Notes under the pieces: model-generated
What the model saw: the letters and a program-made list of their open reading frames with translations, nothing else
Told to the model about the DNA's origin: nothing
The model's database searches: none
Source of the DNA: Candidatus Saccharimonadia bacterium
GTDB taxonomy: Bacteria > Patescibacteriota > Saccharimonadia > UBA4664
Assembly: GCA_035479295.1 (NCBI GenBank)
Contig: DATIIV010000020.1
Coordinates: 10,027-74,026, forward strand
Direction of reading: 5' to 3'
DNA: 64,000 bases
Position numbers and translations under genes: made by a program
In this document: positions 29,587 to 38,432 of the stretch, in pieces
Layout of the letters: every line of letters starts with the position of its first letter
Position numbering within the stretch: position 1 is the stretch's first letter

Positions 29587-29647
29587 GTTGGCGGAAAGTG
29601 CGCTGAGGGCAACTAGAATCGCCTGACTTGGCTTCGCTAGCTGCACC

Positions 29648-29702
29648 GGTCCGGCCTAGGGGCGTTTGCGCACCTCTAGGCCGGACTAAGCTTTTTGCTT
29701 AG
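29648..29702 (+). terminator. compound hairpin GGTCCGGCCTAG...CTAGGCCGGAC plus AAGC-TTTTT-GCTT
   Basis: 11-bp stem and a second small stem with a T-run downstream of the peptide ORFs. Confidence 0.45.
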
Positions 29703-29742
29703 CCAGTAGCCGAGTAGACCATAAGCACGATATAATGCGCTT

Positions 29743-30738
29743 ATGGATAAGCACGATCGCCGCACCATTATCCGCGTCTCGCTGGCCTCGCTCATTCTGA
29801 TGCTGGGCGGCACGGTTGGCTTTATGTTGACCGCTGGATTGGCCCCTGCCCAAGCCTTTTATGAGACAGTAATGATCCTGCTAACGCACTTTGACCACTA
29901 CAGTTTCCCCGATGGCGGCTCGCGCGTTTTGGTAATTGTGTTAATTCTGAGCTCGTATGCGTTGATTGCCTATTTGCTTAAGCTCTTTGCGGAAAGTATC
30001 ATGGGCTTAAGTGGTAATGTACGGAAACTTCGGGTGAAAGCTAAAGTTGATAAATTAAGCGAGCATTATATTGTGTGCGGCTTGGGGCGGGTAGGCTCGC
30101 AGGTGGCGCGCGAGATGCACCAAGAGGGAGTGTCGTTTGTGGCGCTCGATCGTGATGCGGCCAAAGTTGAAGAGGCGCTGGCCGCCGGCTATTTGGCGCT
30201 GCAGCTCGATAGTAGTCAAGAGGAGGCGCTGGTGGCGGCTGGCATTGAGCGCGCTAGTGGCTTGGTAGCCTGCCTTAGCGAAGACTCGCTGAACTTATTT
30301 GTGACGCTGGCGGCGCGGTCGCTCAACCCGCATCTGTACATTGTGGCTCGAGCCAATCAGCCGGCCAATGAGGTGAAGCTAAAGCGGGCTGGGGCCGACC
30401 GGGTGGCTATGCCGTATCGCATTGGCGGGTATCATATGGCATCGATGGCGCTGCGACCGAACGTGGTCGATTACATGGATATTGTGTCGGGTAAGGGCGG
30501 TACGGCCGATCTGGAGGTTGAGGAGATGGTGGTGGGGGAGCGGTCGCGGCTGGCGGGGCATCATCTGGGCAAGTCGCTGGCCGAGGGCGAGATTGGCGCC
30601 ACCGTGATCGCCATTAACGGCGTGGACGGGACGAGCCGGGTGCGGCCGACCGGCAAGGAGATGATTTATCCGGGCGACCGGCTGATTATTTTGGGCTCTA
30701 AACGTGATTTAACGGACGCTTCGGCGCTGATTCGATGA
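29743..30738 (+). CDS. potassium channel protein with TrkA-N/TrkA-C (RCK) domains
   Basis: Two TM helices, then HYIVCGLGRVGSQVA Rossmann (RCK/TrkA-N) and a C-terminal TrkA-C-like domain. Confidence 0.75.
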   Translation: MDKHDRRTIIRVSLASLILMLGGTVGFMLTAGLAPAQAFYETVMILLTHFDHYSFPDGGSRVLVIVLILSSYALIAYLLKLFAESIMGLSGNVRKLRVKAKVDKLSEHYIVCGLGRVGSQVAREMHQEGVSFVALDRDAAKVEEALAAGYLALQLDSSQEEALVAAGIERASGLVACLSEDSLNLFVTLAARSLNPHLYIVARANQPANEVKLKRAGADRVAMPYRIGGYHMASMALRPNVVDYMDIVSGKGGTADLEVEEMVVGERSRLAGHHLGKSLAEGEIGATVIAINGVDGTSRVRPTGKEMIYPGDRLIILGSKRDLTDASALIR

Positions 30739-31628
30739 GGCATGAGCTAACCGTGCCCGCCGGAGCTGCTGCAGGGCGGCTCGATGTGTTTCTGGCCACC
30801 GCGCTGGGTGAGTCGCGCAGTGCGGTGCAGCGGTGGCTCAAGGCCGGCCAGGTGCAGGTGAATGGCGTGGTGGCGCGGGCCAGCTACGAGCCGGTGGGTG
30901 GCGACCAGATTGTGGTGGAGCCAGTGGTGGCCGTGGTGGAGTCGGTCGCCGCGCCCGAGCTGCCCATTGTGTATGAGGACGCCGACTTGCTGGTGATCGA
31001 CAAGCCGGCCGGTATCGCGGTGCACGGCGGTAATGGCCGCGCCGGTGAGTCCACTGTGGCCGAGGCGCTGCGCGGCCGCACCACCGATCCCGACCCAGAT
31101 CGGCCGGGCATCGTGCACCGGCTGGATCGCGACACCTCCGGCTTGCTGGTGGTGGCCAAGTCGGCCGCGGCCAAGGTCCAACTGCAAGAGCAGTGGCGCG
31201 AGCGGCGAGTGGCCAAGACCTACCTGGCGCTGGTGGTGGGGCGGCCGCAGCCGGCCGAGGCTGTTATTAATTTGCCGCTCGATCGCGATCCGGCTCACCC
31301 CACTCGGCGGCATGTTAGCCCCGGCGGCCGGCCGGCTACTACCCGCTATCGCACGCTGGCCGAGTATCCCGGCTATGCCTACGTGGAGGCTCGGCCCGAG
31401 ACCGGCCGGACGCACCAGCTGCGCGTGCACTTTGCCGCTATTGGCCATCCCATTGCTGGCGATACGGTTTATGGCCCGCCTAAGCGCCCCCTTGGCCTTA
31501 AGCGTCAGTTTCTTCATGCTACCGCTTTAAGCTTGGTGGCGCCAAGTGGACGCCGGCTGGAGCTGCACAGCCCATTACCGGCCGACTTGTCAACCGTTCT
31601 CAGCCAGCTGGAAGGTCCGTATAATTAA
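30735..31628 (+). CDS. rluD: RluA-family 23S rRNA pseudouridine synthase (RluD-like, with S4 domain)
   Basis: S4-like N-terminus (RLDVFLA...VQRWLKAGQVQVNG) and the catalytic HRLDRDTSGLLVVAK motif. Confidence 0.8.
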   Translation: MRHELTVPAGAAAGRLDVFLATALGESRSAVQRWLKAGQVQVNGVVARASYEPVGGDQIVVEPVVAVVESVAAPELPIVYEDADLLVIDKPAGIAVHGGNGRAGESTVAEALRGRTTDPDPDRPGIVHRLDRDTSGLLVVAKSAAAKVQLQEQWRERRVAKTYLALVVGRPQPAEAVINLPLDRDPAHPTRRHVSPGGRPATTRYRTLAEYPGYAYVEARPETGRTHQLRVHFAAIGHPIAGDTVYGPPKRPLGLKRQFLHATALSLVAPSGRRLELHSPLPADLSTVLSQLEGPYN

Positions 31629-31632
31629 GTCT

Positions 31633-32520
31633 ATGAGACTCTTGCTGCATCATGTAACTGAGCGCCAGTTAGCCACCGCGACCGAGACGACGGCCGGTAG
31701 CTATGTCTTTCATGGCCCGCGCGGAGTGGGTAAGGCCACAGCGGCGCGGGAGCTGGCTCGTCGGCTTAACTGCCGGGGCGATGAAGGGGGCGACTGTGCT
31801 CATTGTCGGCAATTTGAGGCTGGTGCCTACCCAGATTTTATCTGGGTGCAGCCAGAGGGTCGTGCGAGTGTCACGATTGAGCAAGTTCGCCAGCTGGGCC
31901 ACAGCCTCACCATGACGCCGTATTATGCCGAGGGCAAGCGCTTAGTGGTGATCGATCGGGCCGAGGCCCTGACGGTGGAGGCGCAGAATGCCTTGCTCAA
32001 GTTAATTGAGGAGCCGCCGCCGCGCACTCATTTCGTACTGGTAGCCGAGCAGCTCGGCGCGCTGCTGCCCACCATGTGCTCGCGGCTGGTGCCAATCTAC
32101 TTTGCGCCGCTGCCGGCCGCCACCATTGCCGAGCTGCTCGAGAGCCAGGAGGGGCTGCGGCCGGTGGAGGCCACGCGGCTAGCCGCGCTGGCGGCTGGTG
32201 CGCCCGGTCAGGCGCGCCGGCTGGCCACCGATCCGGCCGCCGCCGCTGTTCTGTCGCAGCTCGACGAGGCCGCCGTTATGGCCCTGTCGGCCAGCCTATT
32301 CGACCGCTTAGTTTTAGCCAGGCGCCTAGCCGACGCCAAAGCGGAGCTGCCGCTATTGGCCGGCCGCCTGCAGCAGTCCGTGCTGGGTGGCCTGCGCCAG
32401 GGTAGCGAGCTCCCGGCCCTGGCGGCTAGCCGCTTGGGCGCGCTGGAGCGATTCCGCCGTGGCCTTACCGCTAACGTCGGCGCTCGCGTAGCGCTTGAGC
32501 GGTTAATGCTGGAATTATAG
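31633..32520 (+). CDS. holB: DNA polymerase III subunit delta'
   Basis: YVFHGPRGVGKATAARELARRLNC plus a CxxC zinc module and LLKLIEEPP. Start moved to MRLLLHH, just after the rluD stop. Confidence 0.75.
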   Translation: MRLLLHHVTERQLATATETTAGSYVFHGPRGVGKATAARELARRLNCRGDEGGDCAHCRQFEAGAYPDFIWVQPEGRASVTIEQVRQLGHSLTMTPYYAEGKRLVVIDRAEALTVEAQNALLKLIEEPPPRTHFVLVAEQLGALLPTMCSRLVPIYFAPLPAATIAELLESQEGLRPVEATRLAALAAGAPGQARRLATDPAAAAVLSQLDEAAVMALSASLFDRLVLARRLADAKAELPLLAGRLQQSVLGGLRQGSELPALAASRLGALERFRRGLTANVGARVALERLMLEL

Positions 32521-32522
32521 CC

Positions 32523-33143
32523 GTGCTAGAGATTCTCATTCTTATCGCGGCGGCCGTCATTTTTCGGCGGCAGCTGCTGGCCTATGGTGCTTCTGCTGCG
32601 CCTCCCTCGGCTGCAGCCGCGCTGGCGCCGCGCCGCCTCTCGCCGCAGTTGGTTCAGTTAGTCGATTACGCCGATCGTCTCTACGCCGAAAAGAAGTGGC
32701 TGGCGGCCGAAAAAGCCTACCTCAATGTGCTAAAACTCGACCACAAGCACGTTACCGCCTACAGCCACCTTGGTATCATCTACTCGACTCAGAAGAATCT
32801 GGCCGACGCCATCGAATGTTTCCAGATTGCTGTGCGCTTGCGGCCTAGTGCCAGCACGCATCAAAATTTGGGCTTGGCCTACTATGAGAATCGCAATTAT
32901 ATGAAGGCCATCGCTACGTTCGAGAAGGCGATTATGTTTGAGCCCTCAGCGGCCCGCTACCTCACGCTCAGTAAGGCCTATCGCAAGATCAATGACACCG
33001 CTCATGCACTCACGGCGCTCGAGCGGGCTGCCGAGCTCGATTCGTCACCCCGCGTGCTCGAGCAGTTAATCGAGGGCTATCGCGGGACGGGTCGTTCAGC
33101 CGAGGCCGAAGCGGTCCAGCGGCGGCTGACGCCGACACCTTGA
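32523..33143 (+). CDS. TPR-repeat protein with N-terminal TM helix (GTG start)
   Basis: Repeated AxxxY/NLG TPR-like units (AYLNVLKLD..., QNLGLAYYENRNYMKAIATFEKAI). Confidence 0.6.
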   Translation: MLEILILIAAAVIFRRQLLAYGASAAPPSAAAALAPRRLSPQLVQLVDYADRLYAEKKWLAAEKAYLNVLKLDHKHVTAYSHLGIIYSTQKNLADAIECFQIAVRLRPSASTHQNLGLAYYENRNYMKAIATFEKAIMFEPSAARYLTLSKAYRKINDTAHALTALERAAELDSSPRVLEQLIEGYRGTGRSAEAEAVQRRLTPTP

Positions 33144-33211
33144 TTGCGGCGGCCGAACTTGCTAAGATGACCGGGCAAACGGCGCCGCCCGAGCGGCCGC
33201 CAGCCCACTGT

Positions 33212-33286
33212 GCCGACGTAGCTCAATGGTAGAGCAACGGTTTTGTAAACCGTTGGTTGGGGGTTCAATTCCTCTCGTCGGCTCCA
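33212..33286 (+). tRNA. tRNA-Thr (anticodon TGT), CCA encoded
   Basis: Cloverleaf GCCGACG/CGTCGGC acceptor stem, anticodon loop TTTGTAA, T-arm GGTTCAATTCC. Confidence 0.85.
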
Positions 33287-33335
33287 GAATTTATTTACTC
33301 ACACCGATCTCTTTGTTTTTGGTATAGTTAAACGT

Positions 33336-34088
33336 ATGAAGAATATTCTTATCACTGGCGTATCCAAAGGTATTGGCCGTACGCTGGCTCATCATTTTCA
33401 CGGCCTTGGTTATACTATTTTTGGTGGCTATAAATGGTCTGATGCGTATAAAGAAGAACAAGCCTTAGCAGAAAGCCTAAAAGCCGAGTTGCCAAACCTA
33501 ACGCTCCTACCCTTTGACCTGGCTGACAGAGAACTGCTAGACCAACTGATTCGGCGCATGAAGGGCGTTCAGCTTGCTGCCATAGTGAATAACGCTGGAG
33601 AGTTTATCCCGAATAATTTTGCTCAGTTTAGCCCCGATACCTGGGATCGGAGCATCGCTGTCAATATGACCGCCCCGCTTTTGCTTGTTTTTGGGCTTCG
33701 CGATAATCTAACAAGCAACGCGAGCATCGTTAATATCGCCAGCACTGACGCATATTACGCTGCGTACGACGATATCGGTTATGCTGCAAGCAAAGCAGGA
33801 CTTATTAGTGTCACCAAAAGCTTGGCGGCCGCGCTTGCAAGCCGGAACATTCGCGTTAATGCCATCGCGCCAGGCTGGGTAGATACCGAGATGGCGGAAA
33901 ATGCGGCTGTTAACGAGTTTGCGCACTTTCAAACTCCCTTAGGTAGAAATGCAACGACACAAGAGATAGCCGGTGTAGTCGAATTTCTCGTCTCCTCCAA
34001 GTCATCTTTCATTAACGCTGCGGTCATTAATGCAGATGGCGGCTATTCGAGCGTCGACTACGTGGTAAAAAAAGAGGCAGAAGGTTAG
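33336..34088 (+). CDS. SDR family oxidoreductase (short-chain dehydrogenase)
   Basis: TGVSKGIGR, NNAG and YAASKAG catalytic Tyr/Lys motifs. The gene is clearly lower in GC (~48%) than its surroundings. Confidence 0.85.
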   Translation: MKNILITGVSKGIGRTLAHHFHGLGYTIFGGYKWSDAYKEEQALAESLKAELPNLTLLPFDLADRELLDQLIRRMKGVQLAAIVNNAGEFIPNNFAQFSPDTWDRSIAVNMTAPLLLVFGLRDNLTSNASIVNIASTDAYYAAYDDIGYAASKAGLISVTKSLAAALASRNIRVNAIAPGWVDTEMAENAAVNEFAHFQTPLGRNATTQEIAGVVEFLVSSKSSFINAAVINADGGYSSVDYVVKKEAEG

Positions 34089-34142
34089 GCAAATTGCTGC
34101 CGGTTTTGTGGTAGCGGCCGTATTTCGAGCTATAATGATTCC

Positions 34143-35135
34143 ATGACGATCTTTGCCTCGGCCGAGGCCTTTCAAGCTAAATTCCGCGCTGGCCTAGCCG
34201 CTACCTTGGCTCTTCCCGACGTGACGCCCGGCCAGCTGGTGCTGGTGCTGGCCAACGCCATCATGCTGGGCGACGAGCACCTGGTTGAGCAGGTGCGACT
34301 CCTGGCCGAGCCATGGCTAGCCAAGATTCCGGAGACGATGCCGGAATCGGCCGTCGTCGAAGATGTGCAGGTGCTGCGGCTGGCGCTACTGGCTGGTGAT
34401 CCCTTGGCTCTATCGCAGCGTCGTACGACGGCCGCCGGCTGGCAGATTCAGCTCAATCGGCTGCGGGGATTTCGGCCACATCGCGCCGCCGGCAGCCGCG
34501 CCACCACGCTGCATCGACCGTTCGACTCGGCCGGCTTCTCGTTTGAGCGCGTGCCGCATGAGGCCTACGCTCATGTTGATTTTTGTGGCCAGTCCGTCGC
34601 CTTATTCTTTAATAAATACCCGTTTGAGCCCTACCATACCGTAGTGGTGCCGGATGTGGCTGGTCGCCATCCGCAGATTCTGCGTCAGTCAGACCATGAA
34701 CTAGCCTGGGAGCTGCAGACTGCTCTGGCGCCGATCCTGCCCAACGTGGCCACGGGCTACAATGCCCTGGGCACCTTTGCCTCGGTCAACCATCTGCATT
34801 TTCAGACCGTTATCAGCGATCAAAATCTGCCGCTGATGCATCTACCGGAGCTCTCAGCCTACCCGATCTCCGTCCGTCAGTACCACACTAGTGCCGCCGC
34901 CTGGCACCAGATTGATGAGCTACAGCAGGCCAACCAGCCGTTTAACCTGGTGTACGCGCCCGGCCGTGTCATTGTTATCCCGCGCCGATTCCAGGGCAGC
35001 TACGAGCAGGCCGATTGGGTGAGCGGCTTTGCCTGGTACGAGCTGGCCGGTAGCTTTATCGTCTCAGACGAGGCCCAGTATCACCGGCTCACCGATGCCG
35101 CCATTCTGACCCAGCTCCGGGCGGCGACTGGTTAG
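34143..35135 (+). CDS. HIT-superfamily nucleotide-sugar/dinucleotide phosphorylase-like protein (GDP-hexose phosphorylase / Ap4A phosphorylase-like)
   Basis: FNKYPFEPYHTVVVP... and a SVNHLHFQ (H-x-H-x-Q) variant HIT motif. Confidence 0.5.
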   Translation: MTIFASAEAFQAKFRAGLAATLALPDVTPGQLVLVLANAIMLGDEHLVEQVRLLAEPWLAKIPETMPESAVVEDVQVLRLALLAGDPLALSQRRTTAAGWQIQLNRLRGFRPHRAAGSRATTLHRPFDSAGFSFERVPHEAYAHVDFCGQSVALFFNKYPFEPYHTVVVPDVAGRHPQILRQSDHELAWELQTALAPILPNVATGYNALGTFASVNHLHFQTVISDQNLPLMHLPELSAYPISVRQYHTSAAAWHQIDELQQANQPFNLVYAPGRVIVIPRRFQGSYEQADWVSGFAWYELAGSFIVSDEAQYHRLTDAAILTQLRAATG

Positions 35136-35179
35136 GTCTTGCCTTGCCGGCCCTCTAACGGTACAATAATCAAGTTCAA

Positions 35180-35265
35180 GCCGGGTTACTCAAGTGGCCA
35201 ACGAGGGCTGACTGTAAATCAGCTGGCATTAGCCTTCGGGAGTTCGAATCTCTCACCCGGCACCA
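35180..35265 (+). tRNA. tRNA-Tyr (anticodon GTA), long variable arm, CCA encoded
   Basis: Acceptor stem GCCGGGT/ACCCGGC, anticodon loop CTGTAAA, class-II extra arm. Confidence 0.85.
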
Positions 35266-35388
35266 GGAATTATTTTTGCTTAGTCAAAGTAAAATGGCGC
35301 CACACGTTATGTATGGGTTAGCTCAATGGTTGCTAATACTTACTTCTTATGCTTATCTTAAAGAAGTAGGAGCTAATGTTAACCCAAT

Positions 35389-36531
35389 ATGAGTATCTCA
35401 AATAGTGCCGCCTCAACTCTAACCAATCTGCCGTCGCCTACCGAAGCGCGACTGCCGGCGGGCATGAGTGTCCTCGATGTAATTATCTTTGCTGCCGCCC
35501 TCGCCTCTGATCCGCGCGCCATCGATGCTTCGCTCAATAAAGTTCGCGCTATCACGGCCAGTTCTAGCGCCGGTGATCTGAGCGACCAAGATCGGCGGAC
35601 GCTTGATAGCGTATACAACGACCTAGAGACGTACCTGGCGGAAAAGGAGCCATTGCGCGCTCTCACCAGACAGTCCATTCGCCAGCGAATTTATGATTAT
35701 ACCCAAAAGCGGCCATCGCAGAGTCTGCGCCGGCCCCTAATGATTATTTGGGCGGCCATCATTGTGATGACGGCGCTGCCAATTATATTGCCGCTTCCGG
35801 CGGGTACGACCGCGGCTCGGCCAGTGATTGCCGTGGTGCTATTTCTGACGACGATTAATGCTGGCGCGGCCTGGCTGTTCTGGTCGGCGCGCAAGAACTT
35901 TCGCGATGAGCTTAGGCAAGTCTATGTACCGATCTCGCTCGGCATTGTTCTGTTGGGTACGAGTTTATTTCAGGTGCCGGTGATGATTATTCTTGGCAGT
36001 CCCACCGTCTTGTTGTGGTTTCGTTACGTCACCGCGAGCATCCCGGTCCTTATCGTGGTTACGCTCATTTATGTTGGTATCTGCCGATTCGTCAAATTTA
36101 GCAATCTCACCAGCCGACTTACCAAGCTCAATGTTCTCGTTCTCAGCGCGCTAGTGCTTGTGTTGCTTGCCGCGTTCCTGCCCCATGTGGCCTCAACCGC
36201 TCCCTTATGGATGCATCTGGTTTCGCTCCTCATCCTGGTAAGCGGTACCGTAATAGCCGGCTTTACTGTGGTATTGATTAGTCGGATGCGGTCGCGTTTG
36301 AGTCTCGTGTATTGGCGGCCGCTAGGCTGGCTCATGAGCGCCGTGGTGCTTTTAGGCATCAACTTTGTGCAGTTCATTATTATTCAGCTGGCTCTGCCGC
36401 CCACTAGTTTTTATGCGAGCCGGGGCTTCTCGGCGCTACCACTCCTCATTACCGGCTTTCTCATGCTTAAGGCTGGAGCGGCGTTTAAGCGCTTCGATGT
36501 TCCAATTACAAAGACAAGGCTGAATGGCTGA
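35389..36531 (+). CDS. hypothetical polytopic membrane protein (~8 TM) with ~100-aa soluble N-terminus
   Basis: Hydropathy visible in the translation; no known motif. Confidence 0.45.
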   Translation: MSISNSAASTLTNLPSPTEARLPAGMSVLDVIIFAAALASDPRAIDASLNKVRAITASSSAGDLSDQDRRTLDSVYNDLETYLAEKEPLRALTRQSIRQRIYDYTQKRPSQSLRRPLMIIWAAIIVMTALPIILPLPAGTTAARPVIAVVLFLTTINAGAAWLFWSARKNFRDELRQVYVPISLGIVLLGTSLFQVPVMIILGSPTVLLWFRYVTASIPVLIVVTLIYVGICRFVKFSNLTSRLTKLNVLVLSALVLVLLAAFLPHVASTAPLWMHLVSLLILVSGTVIAGFTVVLISRMRSRLSLVYWRPLGWLMSAVVLLGINFVQFIIIQLALPPTSFYASRGFSALPLLITGFLMLKAGAAFKRFDVPITKTRLNG

Positions 36532-36631
36532 TCCTGCCACTAAGCAAATAATACAGCTTAAAAAGCCCCACAAATAGTTAAGGAGCCGGATCGACCATCG
36601 CGCGATCCGGCTCCTTGATTTCTGCGGCTAG

Positions 36632-37111
36632 TTAGTCTCGCGGTTGCCGCCGCCGCTGCTCGCTGGGGCTAAAGTCCCAGCACATAGCAGCCGCATACAG
36701 CGGAGACTCGAATACGAGCAACATGAGCACCAGCCGGGCCAAAGAACTGTAGGTGTTAAGCTCCTGCGGGTAGGCGGTGAGCCAGAGCCATCCCACCACA
36801 AAGATAAGAAGGCTAAGCGTCCATACCACCGACGCTATCCCGCGCCATGGGTAGGGCCAGGTTGCGATCAGGTGCCAGATCAGGGCGCCATGCAGGGCCA
36901 GCAAGACCATAGCGCTTATGGCTAGGCCGGCTAGCGGGTAGCCTTGGAAATGCGCTAGCACGGGCTCATGTTGAGTGAGGGCTGGCATATTGTCCAACAC
37001 AATGCAACATAGCGAGCTGGCTGCGGCTCCTAGGGCCCACAGCACAAGATATTTGCAGACTCTCCCCCAGAATCGGTCTGATTCCGAGCTTTGCTTGGCT
37101 TCATCGTACAT
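36632..37111 (-). CDS. hypothetical membrane protein (4 TM)
   Basis: Hydrophobic helices; 159 aa. Confidence 0.4.
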   Translation of the reverse strand: MYDEAKQSSESDRFWGRVCKYLVLWALGAAASSLCCIVLDNMPALTQHEPVLAHFQGYPLAGLAISAMVLLALHGALIWHLIATWPYPWRGIASVVWTLSLLIFVVGWLWLTAYPQELNTYSSLARLVLMLLVFESPLYAAAMCWDFSPSEQRRRQPRD

Positions 37112-37505
37112 ACCTGCGCCTCTCTCGGCTCATAATCATAAAAGCACCCACCCCAACAGTAGATGCTTCTATGATCTTTAAGGCAAGCGAGTGGTTAGTA
37201 TTGGTCTCGGCCCGTGCTGCCAGTTGCAAATGGAGCGGCCGGCCACTGTCTTCCACTGAGCTAGGTTCTTCTCCGAGCTCCGACGCCACATACCCAGGGC
37301 GCCGAACCTTGCGAGATATACCAAAGCCCGAAGACTAGGTTACTGAAATAGCCGTGAGCGTAACTCGGCAGAATATCCAAAAAAACGGGCTATCTGGAGA
37401 GTATTTTTTGGCCAGGCCCAAGCAACATGACGTTAGCGCGTCTAAAAGTCACCCAGCGCCTTGTCCAAGCTGCGCTTTTATGCTATTGTTTTATGGTTAG
37501 ATTTT

Positions 37506-37580
<75 letters not shown>

Positions 37581-37599
37581 GAAGAAAGAAATTATCAAG

Positions 37600-37794
37600 A
37601 TGAAACGGCTCGTACGCAAAACCAGCGAAAAGAAGCTCACCGGACTTTGCGCTGGTATCGCTGACTATCTTGAGGTCGATGTAGCCGTGGTGCGGCTTGT
37701 CGTTCTAACGATCGTCATCATGTCTGGCCCCACCGGCCTATTGTTGTACTGTGTCGCTTCAGTCATTACGCCAAAAGAAGGAGAGATTACCTAA
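37600..37794 (+). CDS. PspC-domain membrane protein
   Basis: [24 protein letters not shown] matches the PspC consensus, followed by a TM helix. Confidence 0.7.
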   Translation: MKRLVRKTSEKKLTGLCAGIADYLEVDVAVVRLVVLTIVIMSGPTGLLLYCVASVITPKEGEIT

Positions 37795-37955
37795 TGCCAA
37801 AGCGCAACCGCCCATTCGTGGCTCTGGAGTGCACTAGCTGCAAGAACCGCAACTACACCACCTCCAAGAACCCCAAGAACACCACCGACCGCCTCGTGCT
37901 CAACAAGTACTGCAAGCACGAGAAGAAGGTCCTGTCGCACAAAGAGACCAAGTAG
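37794..37955 (+). CDS. rpmG: 50S ribosomal protein L33 (53 aa; not in the ORF track)
   Basis: By-eye translation gives [53 protein letters not shown] (CxxC...C motif). TAATG overlap with the PspC gene. Confidence 0.85.
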   Translation: MPKRNRPFVALECTSCKNRNYTTSKNPKNTTDRLVLNKYCKHEKKVLSHKETK

Positions 37956-37974
37956 TCTCGGCGTCGCGCTGTGT

Positions 37975-38010
37975 CTGAACGAAAAGCGGCCTTCGGGTCG
38001 TTTTTCGGTA
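37975..38010 (+). terminator. terminator hairpin GAAAAGCGGCC-TTCG-GGTCGTTTTTC
   Basis: Stem-loop with a U-tract right after rpmG. Confidence 0.5.
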
Positions 38011-38064
38011 TCAGGCTCGACGATTCGCCGGTCATTCAGTATAATAAGCCAGTTATCGCACCGT

Positions 38065-38139
38065 AGGGGAGTAGCTCAGCTGGCAGAGCACCGGTCTCCA
38101 AAACCGGGTGTCGCAGGTTCGATCCCTGTCTCCCCTGCC
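38065..38139 (+). tRNA. tRNA-Trp (anticodon CCA)
   Basis: Acceptor stem AGGGGAG/CTCCCCT, anticodon loop CTCCAAA, close to E. coli tRNA-Trp. Confidence 0.85.
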
Positions 38140-38432
38140 ATGAATTTATAGTTTTGTCAAGTTGCGTCTTTGGCCGCGATTTTGTTTTTGCTAGCATAAC
38201 TTCTCGCTTGTGACATAATTGATCACATGCAAGAGCCCACTCTCGAAGAGATCGAATATCTGATGACGAAATTAGCAATTCCCGTTTTATCGAATCGAGC
38301 GAATTTCATTCCCGCCGGGCGAGCCGCGTCGGTGCGAGAATGATGCCGAACACTCATGGAGCCTAGCCTTTCTGGCATGCAGCTTGGCTCCTGAGAGAGA
38401 CAAGAACTTAGATACCGGCAAAATAGCTTAAT

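Noticed and set aside
35139-35321. 60-aa ORF overlapping tRNA-Tyr, and several ORFs overlapping tRNA-Trp (38036-38278, 38223-38480 on the minus strand).
   Set aside because: They overlap well-formed tRNA cloverleaves and are small, with no ribosome-binding site.
37112-37505. Possible promoter or small RNA in the 390-bp gap before tRNA-Thr(GGT).
   Set aside because: There is only a weak TATGGT -10-like hexamer ~8 nt upstream of the tRNA and no convincing -35 or structure, so nothing could be supported beyond a generic tRNA promoter region.
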